A stretch of 64,000 nucleotides of DNA, from contig NC_135665.1 of assembly GCF_964188315.1 (NCBI RefSeq), positions 35,092,001 to 35,156,000 of the forward strand, in the 5' to 3' direction. Source of the DNA: Podarcis muralis (Eukaryota). The stretch's first letter is position 1. The number at the start of each line of letters is the position of its first letter. Positions 38,400 through 51,524 of this stretch are shown here, in pieces. Made by a program: the position numbers and the translations under genes. Below the pieces are notes generated by a model. That model saw only the letters and a list, made by a program, of their open reading frames with translations, had not been told where the DNA came from and searched no databases.

Positions 38400-39770
38400 G
38401 CAGAAGTGATCATTAGGAGCTGTGGGGGTTGCAAAGGGTCAGCAGTATGCTGATGACACACAGCTCCACATCTTCACAGCACCTGAGGTAGGAAAGGCTA
38501 TGCAATATCTAGTCCACTTCCTGGACTAAATGAGGTAGAACTAAATGAGGGTCAATAAACTAAGTTTGAATCCTTGGCAGATGCAGGCACTGCAGGTGAG
38601 TGGTTCCCATGTCCAGGAAATTGGTTGGTTGTCTGTTCTGGACAGGGTTGCATGCTTTCTGAAAGAAAAGGTTTGCAGTATGTGGCTGCTCATGGATCCA
38701 TCTGTGTAGCTGGAGGCTCGGGTAGCTGCAGTGGCTAGAAGTGCCTCCAACCACTGTCCTGATCCCCTGGCCTACCTGGCGGCAAGTCAGTATGTCAAGT
38801 CCAAAGCTCAAAGACCAAGGGTCAAGCCACACAAGCAAGGTCCAAGGTCCAGAAATGCAGTCCAGAGTCAATCCAAGTAGCCAAATCTGAAGTCCAACGG
38901 TCAGGATACAGTCCAGAGTCAAACCCAAGGTGCAGTCCAAGAGTATCCAAGTCAAGGTCTACCAACATGGGCAGCTGAATAGACGCTGCCCCTCAGCTCT
39001 GCTTCCCTTTTGTACTTTGCATGTTGATTGCAACATCTGGACTTGATGAGGCATGTGACCCTCACCTGTTCCAAGCCTCCTCCAGCTTAGAAATCACACA
39101 CCTCCTCCCAGAACTAGTGAGCCTCACCTAGCGAGCTAGGAAGATGGGCCATGGGCACTTGCCTGCCTCAGCCTCCTAGAGCGGCACTTCCGCTGCTCCC
39201 TATGCCTCAGAGCCTGCCAAGTTCATTGAGACAGTGGCTCCTCTTTCTCTGGTGATGGGTCCTGCTGCTCTGGTTCTGGTGCACTGACTCCCATCCCCCT
39301 CGCCATCCTCCACTATCCCGTGAGTATTTCCTTCCCTATTCCTTGCTTGCCCCGTGTATCCCAATCTTGGCTACACCCCTCACTGGGATCCTCTTCCTCC
39401 TCCCTGTCATCTCACCAGTTCATGACACCTATTGCTGGTACACCAGCCATGGGTGTTCTTCAGCAGGGATAGCGTGACTGTAGTGTATCACGGATTGGCA
39501 AGCAATGCACTCTGCGTAGGGCTACCCTTGAACTTGTCTCAATAGCTCCTCCTGATGCAAAATGCTGTGGCAAGACTGTACCATCAGCACAAAACTCTAG
39601 TACTTAAACTCTTGCATTGACCATCTATATGGCACGAGGCCAAGTTCAGGATTCTGGTATTAATTTACAAGGCCCTTAACAACTTTGGTCCAGGATATCT
39701 TAAGGCCCACTTGATACCTTATATCCCTGGCTGGCTGCTGCTGAGGTTTTCAGGAAAGTCACTGTTTGTG
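38400..39770 (+). mobile_element. L2 LINE RT remnant split by an insertion (arms ~38400-38754 and 39428-~39770)
   Basis: QQYADDTQLHIF at 38440-38475, then a MRVNKLSLNP-like segment. After the insert the L2-like sequence resumes (gcactctgcgtagggctacccttgaac...gcaaaatgctgtggcaagactg). Confidence 0.75.
38755..39427. mobile_element. Probable solo LTR (Gypsy-like), 673 bp, inside the L2
   Basis: Termini TGTCCTGA...TCATGACA (7/8 inverted, TG...CA) and internal reiterated cagtccagagtcaa motifs. The TSD is not clean (CCAC / CCTA). Confidence 0.55.
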
Positions 39771-39956
39771 GCTTAGCCTTATAGTTCAACAATATAAGTT
39801 TTGAAGTTTTGCTTATGCATTTGAGGCCTGACTATGAAGAATCTGGGGGAAGTCTCATTTCACATATACCATTCTGTGCACTTGTTGCAGAAAAGTGAGA
39901 CAGAAATCCTTGAAATAAATAATTACATAAATAAATAGCATCTGATCATACATCAC

Positions 39957-40095
39957 CTTTCCCAGTCCAAGCTGATAGGCCATCACTGAGTACTACATCA
40001 AAACCGGCGCCCAAATCTTTTTGCCACACTATCTGAAGAAAATAAGTTGTGCCTGGATCAGAAACAGGGCAGATGCGAACAACTTTCTTCTCCAT
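39957..40095 (-). CDS. XRCC4: XRCC4 exon 2, first coding exon (139 nt CDS; exon begins at 40109)
   Basis: Translates MEKKVVRICPVSDPGTTYFLQIVWQKDLGAGFDVVLSDGLSAWTGK+G, matching the XRCC4 head-domain N-terminus (human [26 protein letters not shown]...DGHSAWTGT). Acceptor ttttctaaacag at 40111-40110, donor gtgatg at 39956. Same 139-nt coding length as the human exon. Confidence 0.97.
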
Positions 40096-42763
40096 TGTTC
40101 TCCAAAAAGCTGTTTAGAAAAATTGAGAGATGGAGGATGGGGAGGGGGGGGAGAAACAATATATAATTTAAATCTATTCCCAGTCCAATGAAGAGGAACA
40201 AAATATGAAATTGGCAAGCTACGCTAACCACAGCTCTGCGAATTAATACAGATAATGTTTCAATTTCTCTATGGGACCAAATAATTTAAGCTTCCTTTAT
40301 TTGTCCTGTAGGAATTTAAAATCTAATACACAAAACCTGCATGGCCTCCATAACCTGAGATTGTACTATACTTTAGAATAAATATTCAAGTGGGGTGGGA
40401 GTACTAAATATAGTTCACTTGAGCCAACAAGTGGAGGAAGAGGGACCTTTGTGTCAGGATTCTTACCTCTCCCAAAGCTAAGCACAACTATACACATGTG
40501 TGCAAACCCATAGGCAGTGGTCACCGCTGCTCACATGCATCCCTGGATCTAAGTCAACAAAGCCTTCTGCTCTTGAGCAATGGAGACGTTCAACTCCAAA
40601 TGTTAACTTAGAAAACAGCTGCATTGTAATAAAAAGAAAAAGAAAAAAGTGAGGAGCAATTCACTTAAAATAATGCTGAGGGGCCTAAAGACTATAACCA
40701 TAACAAAAATCACAACTGGAACTTATCAATTGGAAAAACATGCTTGACTTCTAAGTGAAAAATCAGTCTTCTACTCTTGATTGAGCATGAATACCCAGAG
40801 TAACCAATGCAAAGCTTAAAAGCTTAATTACACATAAGTTCCTTGTTTATTTCATTTATTTAAAAGTTTTTTATCAACTAAAGAAGCAGTGTAGATAAAG
40901 AGGCAAATGGGGAGGGAGCTTTTGATAGAAGATTATGGTTAAGCAAAGAAACACCCAAGATAATTTGACACAACCCACCCTGTAAAAATTCACCACACCA
41001 GCTCATTTCAGGCCTGTCAGAAACTAATCTAGGCTACAGAATGCAATGATATCATCTTCAGTGCATGCCAAACCTAGAGGCATCTGTAGATCAGGTCCTC
41101 TCTCTCATTCCACAGAGACATCAAGGATCTGATTCACTGTGGAAGTCACAGTTTGCACTGGAATTCCGATGATGCAGATGGCCTTTGAGCCTGCAGGGCC
41201 CAGACAGTATGGGGGCAGGACGGAGGGGGAATACAAACTTATAACACAGGTCCCCTTCAGTGCACATCATCCACATTACAACCGTATTTCAGCATTTGTT
41301 CCTAAAACACCCAGTAGCCTATTGTAATGCTTGTGAATTCTTCTGAAAATGTTTAAATAAACAATTAAAAACAGTTTGCTTCTATTTGTTACTGAAAGAA
41401 AAACACACATTAAAAACTTCACAAGTTCTTAAAAGCAGCTTTTGCAAATTTCTGATATGACAGCCAGTTGAATAATAACTGGTGGGATTTTACTTTTACA
41501 ACAATATCACGGTTTAATTAAAGCAGACTGTTAAAACCCAAATATTTTCTAGCACTACCTCATTTAGATGCTATTGTAAATAAGACCCATTTTTAATCCT
41601 ATGATAAGCATCTCTCAGCCAGTAATAGCCAGATGGGGAGGAGTATCCTGGAATGCCTTTAAAGATTCAATAAAGCTGCTTCTGTAGTCTGAAGATACTT
41701 GCCATCTCTGGAAAATTAAAGCACTCAGTCTCTATGTCCCTTCATTAATACAAAGAAACGCTTTAGGGAAACTGATTGATTACAGCAACAGGAAAGCCAG
41801 CATTTTTTTCCTAAGGGTTTGAAGAATCATATTACATATCAACACCTCACCATATAACTGCTAAGGAAGAAAGATTGGCTTGCAGGTGGGAAGCAGAGAG
41901 TTCCACCCCAATTTGTACATCACTGGCTGTATTGAAAGCATCAGACAGTTGACGATTGAGCTGCTCATCTTTAGTACTTTGTGTCTTTTAGTGTTGGCAT
42001 CTATGATCTTTATTAGGCAATGCTTCCTTCTGGGTAAGAATCAGCTGTTGGCTGGCATGTAATTAGTTGGAGTCTACTCCACAAACAATGACAGTCCACA
42101 TTCCTGATGAATAAACAAGACACTTTTAAAAAAATTAGTAGACAAATGATTTTGTACACTGCTTTGGACAGCACTCAGGCACAATACAGAAGCCAATTTT
42201 TAGGTTTCCTTCACTGTTCCACAGAGTGTCATTTATACTTCGACTCCAGCTTTTCCTTTCTGGCTTACAGAACTGTCTTTTGAGAGAGTGATTGAGGGAG
42301 AAAGGTTGCAGCAGCAGGTGTCTCAAACCTCCGCTATTATACTTTGGGAACATGCAGATCTAAAAGAAAAAATATTACAACTCTTGAACAATTACATTTA
42401 CAGCTTGATCCTGTCCACATGGCACATAGCCTTAGCTGATCTTGCCATGTTTCAAGAAACACATGAGCAGTGGTGGAGGATTAGCCCCAGTCTGCCTCAA
42501 CCAACCCCCATCTGCCTGTCCACTTACTTGCAAACAATGCACAGTGCACTTCCAACTAGCTTTCTCCACAGCTCATTTTGCCCTGGGAGGAAAAGGAGCA
42601 CAGCAGTGCCCCTCTCATTGGCTTATCAAACGAGCCTTCCTTCTGCTAGCCTTAAGAGCTTGGGCCTGGTTGCGACCTCTAATGTGGATCAGGGCAAAGA
42701 AACACATCTTGACCCCCTCTACAGTTTGGTCCCTCCTTGTAAACCAATATTTCAACCCAATGC

Positions 42764-42789
42764 AAAAAAAAAAAAAAAAAAAAAAAAAA
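42764..42789. repeat. A26 homopolymer
   Basis: Directly visible. Confidence 0.95.
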
Positions 42790-42865
42790 TCTGCCAACTT
42801 TTCTGGTCTATTCTGTATGACAGCAGAGTGTTTCCATGCCAAAATGTGCTGTGTCGTCATTATTC

Positions 42866-43093
42866 TGCGTGGTACCTCTGGTCAAGAACTTAATTCGTTC
42901 CAGAGGTCTGTTCTTAACCTGAAACCGCTCTTAACCTGAGGTACCACGTTAGCTAATGGGGCCTCCTGCTGCTGCCATGCTGCCAGTGCGTGATTTCTGT
43001 TCTCATCCTGAGGTAAAGTTCTTAACCCGAGGTTAGCAGTCTGTAACCTGAAATGTCTGTAACCCGAGATGTTTGTAACCCGAAGTACCACTG
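42866..43093. mobile_element. Tc1/mariner MITE, same family as 20113-20343
   Basis: gtggtacctctggtcaagaacttaattcgttccagaggtctgttcttaacctgaaac...gtaacccgaagtaccactgTA. Confidence 0.88.
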
Positions 43094-45521
43094 TAATTAT
43101 TTTTGAAGCAGCAGGAAAATTCTTGCAAACCTTCTATCACACAGGAGCCCCAGAACCATTCACTCATTCCTGCAGTCAGGATGTTTGAAAAAAGACTGTT
43201 TCCCCATCACTCCTGAGGGAATTCATAGCAAGAATCTCTGTTACAGTTACTATTGTGGTGTGCGCACATGCACACACACACACCATCTACCCCCAAAACT
43301 ATTCTCTACAGGTACTCCCTGAACACCATCAGTCAAACAGTGTGCCTCCTTCCATCTTAGAAGTGCAGAACTCTACCCAATAGGATGTTCACAGTCCTAC
43401 CTCCACTCAGCAACGAAGAGCAAGGAAAGCAATGTCCCACTGGGACTAATGCTATATGGAACTGGAGGAAGTACTAGCAAACCTAGGGACCCATTAGTTC
43501 ATTGATCCCATGCTGACTGTGTCTCCTTTCTAAAAGGCAGGAGATTCAGCTGAACGACATGCTGTTGCTGAGTTATGGGCCAGAACTAAACATGCTCAGT
43601 AGAAGAGAAGCCAGGCAGAAGATTTGTGTATGTCTTAGGTGGCAAGGAAACATGAGCATCTCAAACTTGCAAGTCAAGTCTTTAAAGTTTTAATTTGCAT
43701 TTACAGGTTAAATTTATATGAACAGAAATGGTCACTGATGGCTGCAACAAAACAAAGCAATGCTTAAGCTAGCTTTCTGGATCTTAGCTAATGTAAACCA
43801 GAACAACTCATGGTACTCTTGACTTTATGGAAGAATAGCCATTGCTATGTTCCTCCCATCAAGCTAAAAACTCAGAAAATATATAATTAAGCAGCAACTT
43901 AAACAATCTCATAACTAATCAGCTATGATTTCTTCTTGTTAGAACAATATAACATTGGATTGTATCCAGCGTTACTTCTACTTAGAGTAACCCTATTGAA
44001 ATTAATAGGCATGACTAACTTAGGCACAATTAATAGGCACAACTAACTCTGAGCAAACCTTACTTACACATAACTTATTATGGGTTGCTACTGTATTATT
44101 TTAAAAACCATAAGCACTTTATAGTTCTGTTGACTTCAAAATAAGTTTTCATAAGATGCTTACATTTTTCAAGCTGAAATCAATGGAACTGGAATTTCAC
44201 TAACTCTGGCTGGATTGTGCCATGGTTTTTACAACCATGTTCTAATGTGAGCTGCATCAGACACACAGCTTGATCCACAAAGCAAACAGATGAAATGAAC
44301 TTTTTTTGGGTGGGGAGTGCAATGAGCCCATTAGAATATTACTCATCTCAACATCAGTAGCACAGTTATCAAAATATTACAACATTTGGATATTTTACTG
44401 AAGTTTGCACACAATGGACTGATTAAGTTAGCTGCATTTAGATACCACTGAAAACGGGACTAGTTTGCCCCATTGGTTTCAATGGGAACATATTAACTAA
44501 GCATGTATATTACAACAAAACAGTAAAGAAACATAGACAACTCTATGTAGTGATGTATTTCCTATGTTTTCTGCTTTCTTTTGCCAAAATGTCTCAGAGG
44601 AAGTCTACATTTCACATTCTCAGGTCATTTATTTTATTCTCCAATAAAGGAAACACATTCTTCATTTCTGAGAGTGGATGGTGGACCTAAAGTAATATTT
44701 TTTGTAAACATTATTATTGTATATCATTTCCCCCCAAACATGGACACAGTAAACGTCAGTCCTCCAGTGCATTTCATTTTGGATCTACTGACAGCAACCA
44801 AAGCCAACCTTAACAAAGACTCAAATGCAGGCATAATCAGTTTCCTGCCACCTGTGGATGGGACTGAATTTGGCCTTCATCCTCATAACCACATGAAGCT
44901 TCTGGGTCATTTCAAATAATATTCAGCTAAACACTCAACATGGAGCTTCTACTGACAACTCAGCTTGCCATATAAAGGAAGCATAATTAACATTAAAAAC
45001 AAAATAAAATGTAATGAACAAATTTCAAGTATAGTCTAAATCACTACATACCTTGAGCATTAATGTTACCAAAAAGGGGAATAAATAATTTAGTGAGAGC
45101 AAGTTAGGGGAAAGGACCTGCCAGTGTGCCTCTGCTCTCCATCACGTCAGGGGCATAGTGCTGTCTGCTGGTGCTGGGAGAGGAATAAAAGCATTTCAAA
45201 TAGTCAAGATTACCCTGCTATTTTGGATGTTCACGTATTCCTCTCACCAGGGAACATGACCACTACCAATTTTATAAACACTGTTCCTGCAGGTCCCAAA
45301 TCAATTATATCTCATATTAAAGGACTATCTGAACTAAATCAAAGTGTACAGCAGGGAGAGGGGAAGTTTAGGGAACTGGGCGATCCAATCCCTTGCTTCA
45401 TACTACCAACCTGGATCGCTGCAAGTACATATCAAATCTTCAATTTACATAATTCCATTTTGCAAATGTATCCATAAAGGAAAACGGCTGAGATGACAGA
45501 AACTATTTAAAGTACCGGTGT

Positions 45522-45669
45522 CATTCATGAGTGAAGCCGGGGGGGGCAGCTGCCCCCACCCCGATCAAGTAAAACAATAGAAATACTTAACTAATGGATC
45601 AATCACATCAGTTCTGCAACCCTAACAAAAGTCTTGCCCTCCCCCAACAAAAATCCTGGCTACGCCCAT
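45522..45669. mobile_element. Degenerate hAT MITE
   Basis: Ends aaaatcctggctacgcccatg, related to the ctacgcccctg terminus at 13654. Confidence 0.5.
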
Positions 45670-46599
45670 GTTATCACCACACAGATAAAATTGTTGCAAA
45701 CAACTTCCATGCTGAGAACACCTTACCAAACCTGGCTTAGGAGTCTGGACAGTCATGACAATCATAAGACTATGATTGCACACAGCTAGTCACACAAGAC
45801 CTTGTGTTCTGGTCTGGCCCAGATTTGGGTGAACTATGTGTTGCCAGAGGAGCATGGAGCTGGCTTGCACCTCTTGTCAATGAATTCATTTGCAGAGCTG
45901 GGAGATAGAGTAGAACAATCTGCTGCCAGACTTCTGAACTCTATATATTTTTCAACCAGTTCTACCAAGTCTTCTAGTTCTGGCCTTGTTGACGCTCAGA
46001 ATAAGGAACTGACATAGGCTACTGACACAATTACTCTGAGGAATTAAGGTTAATCAAGTTGCAGGAACAAATCAGAACACAAAAGTCTGGACGTGTCCGA
46101 AATTGCTGGCCCATGTCCCATGTGGTGAGCTACACAACTGCAACCTCTCAGGGAAGACACTTCCAAACTTGCATGGTTCCACCCACTCACATTTGCCATT
46201 GGATTTTAGGCAGAAAAGTGTTATATAAAGACTTTTCTAGCTAATCCTTGGTTAAGTAATGAAGTTTACATAAGCTCCAGTGTCTCTTACATTTCTGGGC
46301 TCCCTCCATGGTCCGAATTCCTACTCTCTGGTTTGTCCTTTGATCCTGTTTAGTCTATGCTTCTAGCTAGTTATCTTTTGCTGCCTATTTGTTGTCTTTA
46401 GATCCTGGTTCTCAGTTCCCAGGTTCTGACACTTTTGAGCCCACAACCCAGCTCTGACAGGAGAACTGTGGACAAAGCTTATTTGAAAGACTGTGTTGCA
46501 ATGATAAAAAGATCCTCCTTCTCTGCCATCACTGCAACTATGGAATGTTGTGCAGTAGAGCTATTGTTCAGTTTGGAAATGGCTATCACAGTCATTTCT

Positions 46600-46880
46600 C
46601 CTCCAACCTGACAGCCTGCTGTAACATAATTGTTGTATGTTTGCAGATAAAGTTGCTCACATCCATTCGAACTTGTTATTGTTGGGTCAAGAGTTATGTC
46701 TGAGATGTTCGTTTCACCCACTTATCTCAATTGCTTGGATCAGTTCCAGTTATAATTAACTGAGGATGTTGACAGGGTGCTTGGAAAAGTCCATTCAACC
46801 ACAATTGATCTTTGCTTTTTATGGTTTATTAAAGCTAGCTAGAAAACACAGCCCCTATTGTGAACAAGGTAGTTAATTAA
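46600..46880 (+). mobile_element. L2 ORF2 fragment upstream of the RT domain
   Basis: ttggatcagttccag...gaggatgttgacagggtgcttggaaaagtccattcaaccac encodes LDQFQ...EDVDRVLGKVHSTT, an L2-like segment. Confidence 0.55.
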
Positions 46881-48848
46881 TAGTATTTATTAAAACATTT
46901 TAACATTTTGTCCCATCTTTCAATAATGCTAATAATACCTTGAGCAAGAGTGACACAAAGGAGTGTTATGGCAAGCCATCCTTCCTGAAAATGGTGTCCC
47001 CCCAAGCCAGTAGATTTGGGGAACTACTACCTGGAACCCCTTGAAATACTTTTTTTTTTTTTTTAAGATAGTTAAGCACATTGTGTTTGATCAACTCCAG
47101 GCATTCCTGGGTGATAAGCTATTCTAGACCAAGTCAGAATAGTCAACATGGTGCACTCTAGTTGCTGCTGGGTTACTACTGCTATCAGCCCCCGTCAACA
47201 TGGCCAGTGGTCAAATAGGAGTTGAAGTCCAACAATGGTCACATCCACACTATACAATTAAAGTACTCTTATACCACTTTAACAGTCACCACACTCCACA
47301 AAGGATCCTGGGATATGTAGCTTGTTAAGGTTGCCAAGAGAGCCCCCTCACAGAGCTACAATTACAAGGACCCTTAACAAAAATAGAAGTCATACAAGGG
47401 CACTCTCTCTGAAAGTAGTTATTTAATAACTTCTCTTTTTTTCATAGCTGGGCAGAGTAGCAATGAATGCAATTGGCAACTTAAAACCAGGGAAGTGATT
47501 ATTATGGATTCCTTGGGTCCCATTAAATGGTTAGTTTCACTGTGGTATAAAAAAAATTAAACATAATTTTTACTTCAGGTCAAAACCCTAGGTCCTAGTA
47601 GGAACAAAACTGGGGTGTTCAGAAAGATTGGAAAAAGCTCTAGTCCAAAGTTCCATACAGATCTCTTTTGGCTCAAACTAGGAAATTCTCCCTGAAAATA
47701 CAGGCAACTTCCCATTTGCAAGCGTTAAAGTAACATGTGACAACACACACACCGTTTTCAGCACTGCAGGGGGGTTGGGGCGGAAGGGGGCTGGGCAGGC
47801 TTGTGTGTGTTCTGCTGGCACACGTGGTGCCTCAGATAGAACCCCTGCATACAAGGGGAGTTGCCATTTGGTCCAATTTCATTTCATATACAAATACAGC
47901 AGCCCAGAAACATCAGATAGCACAGCTCTATGCAAGTGTCTGGATTTAGTGCAGCCAAATGTGTTGTTGTTTTTTAAAAAAAACCCATCTTTTTAATTAA
48001 ATAGTTTTCAGCTTTGTATTATCATTTAGACCATGGACCAACTAAGTTGTCTTGAACTACAGTGGGGCAGGCAAAAGTCAGGTCAGGATGTACTGACAGA
48101 TCATTGGGTGGCTTTCTGGTTCCCAATTGCAAAAACAACGTTGTAATATTAGGCTGCTGAAATGAAGAAAGTAAGCAAACAGCAGACCTTTTCTGCGTGA
48201 AAGGCCCGTGAACCCACTTCAATCCTGGTACCCAACGCCAATTCTTAAGACTCAAACTGTGTTCGGAGTAACTTTGCACCACCTAGTAGGTCTGGGGGCT
48301 TCTCGTAAAAAAAAAAACACCAAAAAAAAACAAACCACCAAAGCATATAGGATGACTTATTTCCGATTTCGACGAACTACTTTTCACAAGATCATCTAAG
48401 CGGAGAGTGGCTTGTCAGTTCAAGACTCTCTAGCGCAGCCTTGGGCACCCTCCAGATGCTTTTGGACTACAACTCCCATCAGCCCCTGCAAGCAACGTAT
48501 GAGGAGCACCCAAACAAAACGCCTAATTCTCGTATAGAAAATACATTATAGGTGCCCAGAATGAATTATCTCCTCCCTGATGCAGAAAGAGAGCGAGGAA
48601 GAGGCGCAGGGCGGATAGGACTCTTTAGGGTTCAGTCCTGACCACCATGCCGCCCAAGAAGGGAGTCCTATAGGGGGAGCGGGGTTTACTCCTGTGTAAG
48701 CGGGCACAGAATTGCACTGCTGGCAAAAGACGTGTTTCTTCTCTCCCGCCCGCTCCTTCAACGCGCCCCTTGGAAGGAACTTCCTCGCTTCCAACCCCAC
48801 ACATTCGCCCCCCACCCGGCTCTGCTCCTTGCCCGTCACTTTGCCTAC

Positions 48849-48900
48849 CTCACACCGCATTGAAAACTGCCACTTCCGGCTTCTATAACCAATAATACCT
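48849..48900 (-). other. XRCC4: XRCC4 non-coding exon 1 (5' boundary/TSS approximate)
   Basis: On the - strand ...GCCGGAAGTGGCAGTTTTCAATGCGGTGTGAG|gtaggc gives a GT donor at 48848-48847 inside the CpG island. Coding exon 2 has an acceptor 14 nt upstream of its ATG, so an upstream non-coding exon is required. This donor is the best candidate but is not proven. Confidence 0.6.
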
Positions 48901-49182
48901 CCCCCCGTTTTGTGTGTGTCGGTTGGAAGTGCCCCGCCTCCTCCTTTCCCTTGAGCCAACGGGAAGCCAAAGCCTTTCCCTGTTTCGGCCCCTCCGCCGC
49001 CCTCGAGCGCTGCCCGTCCCACTCACGTCCTCCAATGGGAACGCCGGCCCCGTCTTCTCCTGCGCCTATCCGGAGCCTGTGCCTCCTCCGAACCAATCAG
49101 TGGGGCGTCTAAGGCGCCGCTTCTTCCGTGCCCCGCCCCTTGGCTACCGGATGTGTGATGTGGCTCGCGGCGCTGCGTAACT

Positions 49183-49185
49183 ATG
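49183..49185 (+). CDS. TMEM167A: TMEM167A exon 1 coding part (ATG only)
   Basis: ctATG|gtaagc strong donor. Exon 2 starts in phase 0 with SAIFNFQ, so the Met must come from an upstream exon. Confidence 0.88.
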
Positions 49186-50449
49186 GTAAGCGCGGCGGTC
49201 GGGGGTTTATTTGGAGCGGGGGGGGGGGGGGCTTCGGTTAGGTCGCCTTTGTCTCTGGTAGTCTGCCTGTGTTTGTGAGTGGGGCCGTTGGGCTCAGTGA
49301 TGGGCTCCGGGGGTGGTCTCTGCCCGTTTCCGCTCCTTCCCCGCTCAGCCTCTCTCTCACTACAATAGTGGCCTTTCCTTAAAAAAAAAAAAAAAAAAGG
49401 TTGTTGTCGTTGCAGCATCTTCCCTTTCCCAGAATGTGGTGGTGAAATTATCGTTTGTGAAACCTGCTTCCCCCTTTTTAACTTACAAGAGGTTCTTCTT
49501 GTTATATTTTAAATGCTGCCTTCTCACCTGCTATTCTAAATACTATACTCAAGGTCTCATGTCTTCTTTTTACTTTCCCCAGAGCAGCACTAAGATTCTT
49601 TAGGAGTTTTTTGGTGCTAATAATGACTGGTTAATAATAATAATAATTTACATTAAATTGCAGAGGCCTTTGCGTGACTTTAAACTGGCCTCGCATCAAG
49701 ATGCCATAGGTTTCCACATAAAAAGCACTGGACAGTACCTGTTAAAATGCAGTGGCTAAACAATTGGAATTAGTGCCCCTTTGCATGTGTGCAGCAGCAC
49801 AATCTTATTCCAAGTTTACATTGAAGTAAGTTTTGTTGTGTACAACGGAGCTTCCTCTCGGGTGGATGTGCACAGGACTGCAGCGTAGTGTTTAACATTA
49901 TTTACATGTAACTATTGTGTAGATAAAGGCACATATACAAGCCATGCTGTTTACATAGGATTTCACTAATGGGGTTTTGTTTAGTAGGAAGGTGCATATA
50001 TGGACCGAGCGCCAAACAGCTTTTGATACTTTGTTGGGATGAATAGTGAAACATCACCCTATATCTCTAGTTGCTTTTGAAACATCGCTTGGTTTCAAAA
50101 GAGGTTAGTTGTGGCTATTGTTTGAGGAAAGACTAGCCCAAAGTTTCCATTTGATGCACAGTCCTTGGTTTATGATTCTGAGTATTGCCCATAGTTCTTT
50201 CAAATAGTGAGACCATAGATGTTCTGGTATAAAAACTACTTTTTCTCTGCCTTTTCACTTTACACTACACATATCACTTCTCTCTTTACATCAACTATAG
50301 CTGTCTAGGTTATGAGTTTAACAGGTTCACTTGAAATGATATGGTATGCCCTAATTCAGCTCTCTCTATATTTAAAAATCAGTCCATCATACTTCAACAT
50401 TGCCAAGAAATATAGTCTATGATTAGATAGGATAGATGATGAGATGCAG

Positions 50450-50640
50450 ATAAGAACATAGGAAACTGTCTTATATGAATCAGGCCACTGGTCTATCCAG
50501 CTCAGCATTGTCTACATGGATGGGCAATGGCTCTCCATGCTTTCAGGCAGAAGTTTTTCCCACCCTCCTTTTGGAGGTCAGTGATTCAACTCAGGATCAT
50601 ATGCATGCCAAGTATAGGCTCTACAACTTGCTACTCAAGG
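50450..50640 (-). mobile_element. SINE with a CR1-type 3' tail (family not assigned)
   Basis: ataagaacataggaaactgtcttatatgaatcaggccactggtctatccagctcag is the reverse complement of a CR1-like TTCTTATG-type tail and SINE body. Confidence 0.55.
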
Positions 50641-51414
50641 ATTAAAAAATATTAAATTGTTTCTAAATGCTAACAAACAAACAAACAGCTGAGCTGCAGC
50701 CCATCCTCAGAGATAGGAGAAGACTTAATTATCAATGGCTTGGATCAGCAGGAAAAGGCTTGACCCCCACATCAGTAGTGTTCCCAAGCTTACTCCTTTA
50801 ATTTTACCTTAAAAGGGAATGGCTGCAGTTAACACCTATGGGGAAAAGTAAAATGCTGGACTTGTGATAGCATTTCTTTGAGGGCAAAACCTGACCTTGT
50901 GCTTTAACACTGTGTGGCCTGATCCTCGTTGACAGGGTATTCCCTAAAGGAGAACAATGTGTCTGTGAGACTTCCGGTGCCCTCAGTATGTCCTTGAAAT
51001 GCACAAGTCTTCCATTTGCACACACCCTGTCTTCCATAATTATGAGCATTTTGGTGGTTGTGTGGTACAAGCAGGAACGCCAGAGTTTCAGATAACTTTT
51101 TCATCAGTTGTTTTTGTTTTGAGAGTTGAAATGCCTGTTTAGTTTGTTGTCTATATGGTGGTTACAAATACAGAGTTCCAGTAGATTATGTACTGTATTG
51201 AAAAGAAATCATATTCTTGTACCGATTTCTTTGCTAGGAGATTTAGGGTGTGTGTGTGTGTACTGGAATTGTAAAGACGTACGTAACATAATGGGCCCCC
51301 AAAACTCACTTTTTTCTACTCACTGGCAGGGAGGGATGCAGAAACAAATGGGGCAGGAAGGCGATTTTCAAAAGTGAACCATAACTCCTCTTCTGTTTTA
51401 CTTTTTTCTTTCAG

Positions 51415-51524
51415 TCTGCAATCTTCAATTTTCAGAGCCTACTGACAGTAATCCTTCTGCTTATATGTACCTGTGCATACATAAGATCATTGGCTCCCAG
51501 GTTACTGGATAATAATCAAACTGG
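51415..51524 (+). CDS. TMEM167A: TMEM167A exon 2 (110 nt)
   Basis: [36 protein letters not shown]+GG, near-identical to the recalled human kish-A. Long pyrimidine tract with cag acceptor, donor gtatgt. Confidence 0.97.

Larger units (their letters stand above)
48560..49345. promoter_or_regulatory. CpG-rich bidirectional promoter shared by XRCC4 (-) and TMEM167A (+)
   Basis: Sharp local rise in GC and CpG in an otherwise AT-rich window. ETS-type motifs CCGGAAGT (- strand, 48872-48879), GGAAGT 48925-48930 and CCGGATGT 49147-49154. CCAAT at 48889, 49032 and 49093. GC boxes at 48931-48938 and 49130-49139. Confidence 0.85.

Noticed and set aside
42288-42893. 201-aa + strand ORF
   Set aside because: Runs through an A26 homopolymer and into a MITE, lies antisense in XRCC4 intron 1, and has no recognisable domain.
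48546-49418. Several overlapping 66-158 aa ORFs
   Set aside because: By-product of the high GC content of the CpG island (few stop codons); no protein similarity.
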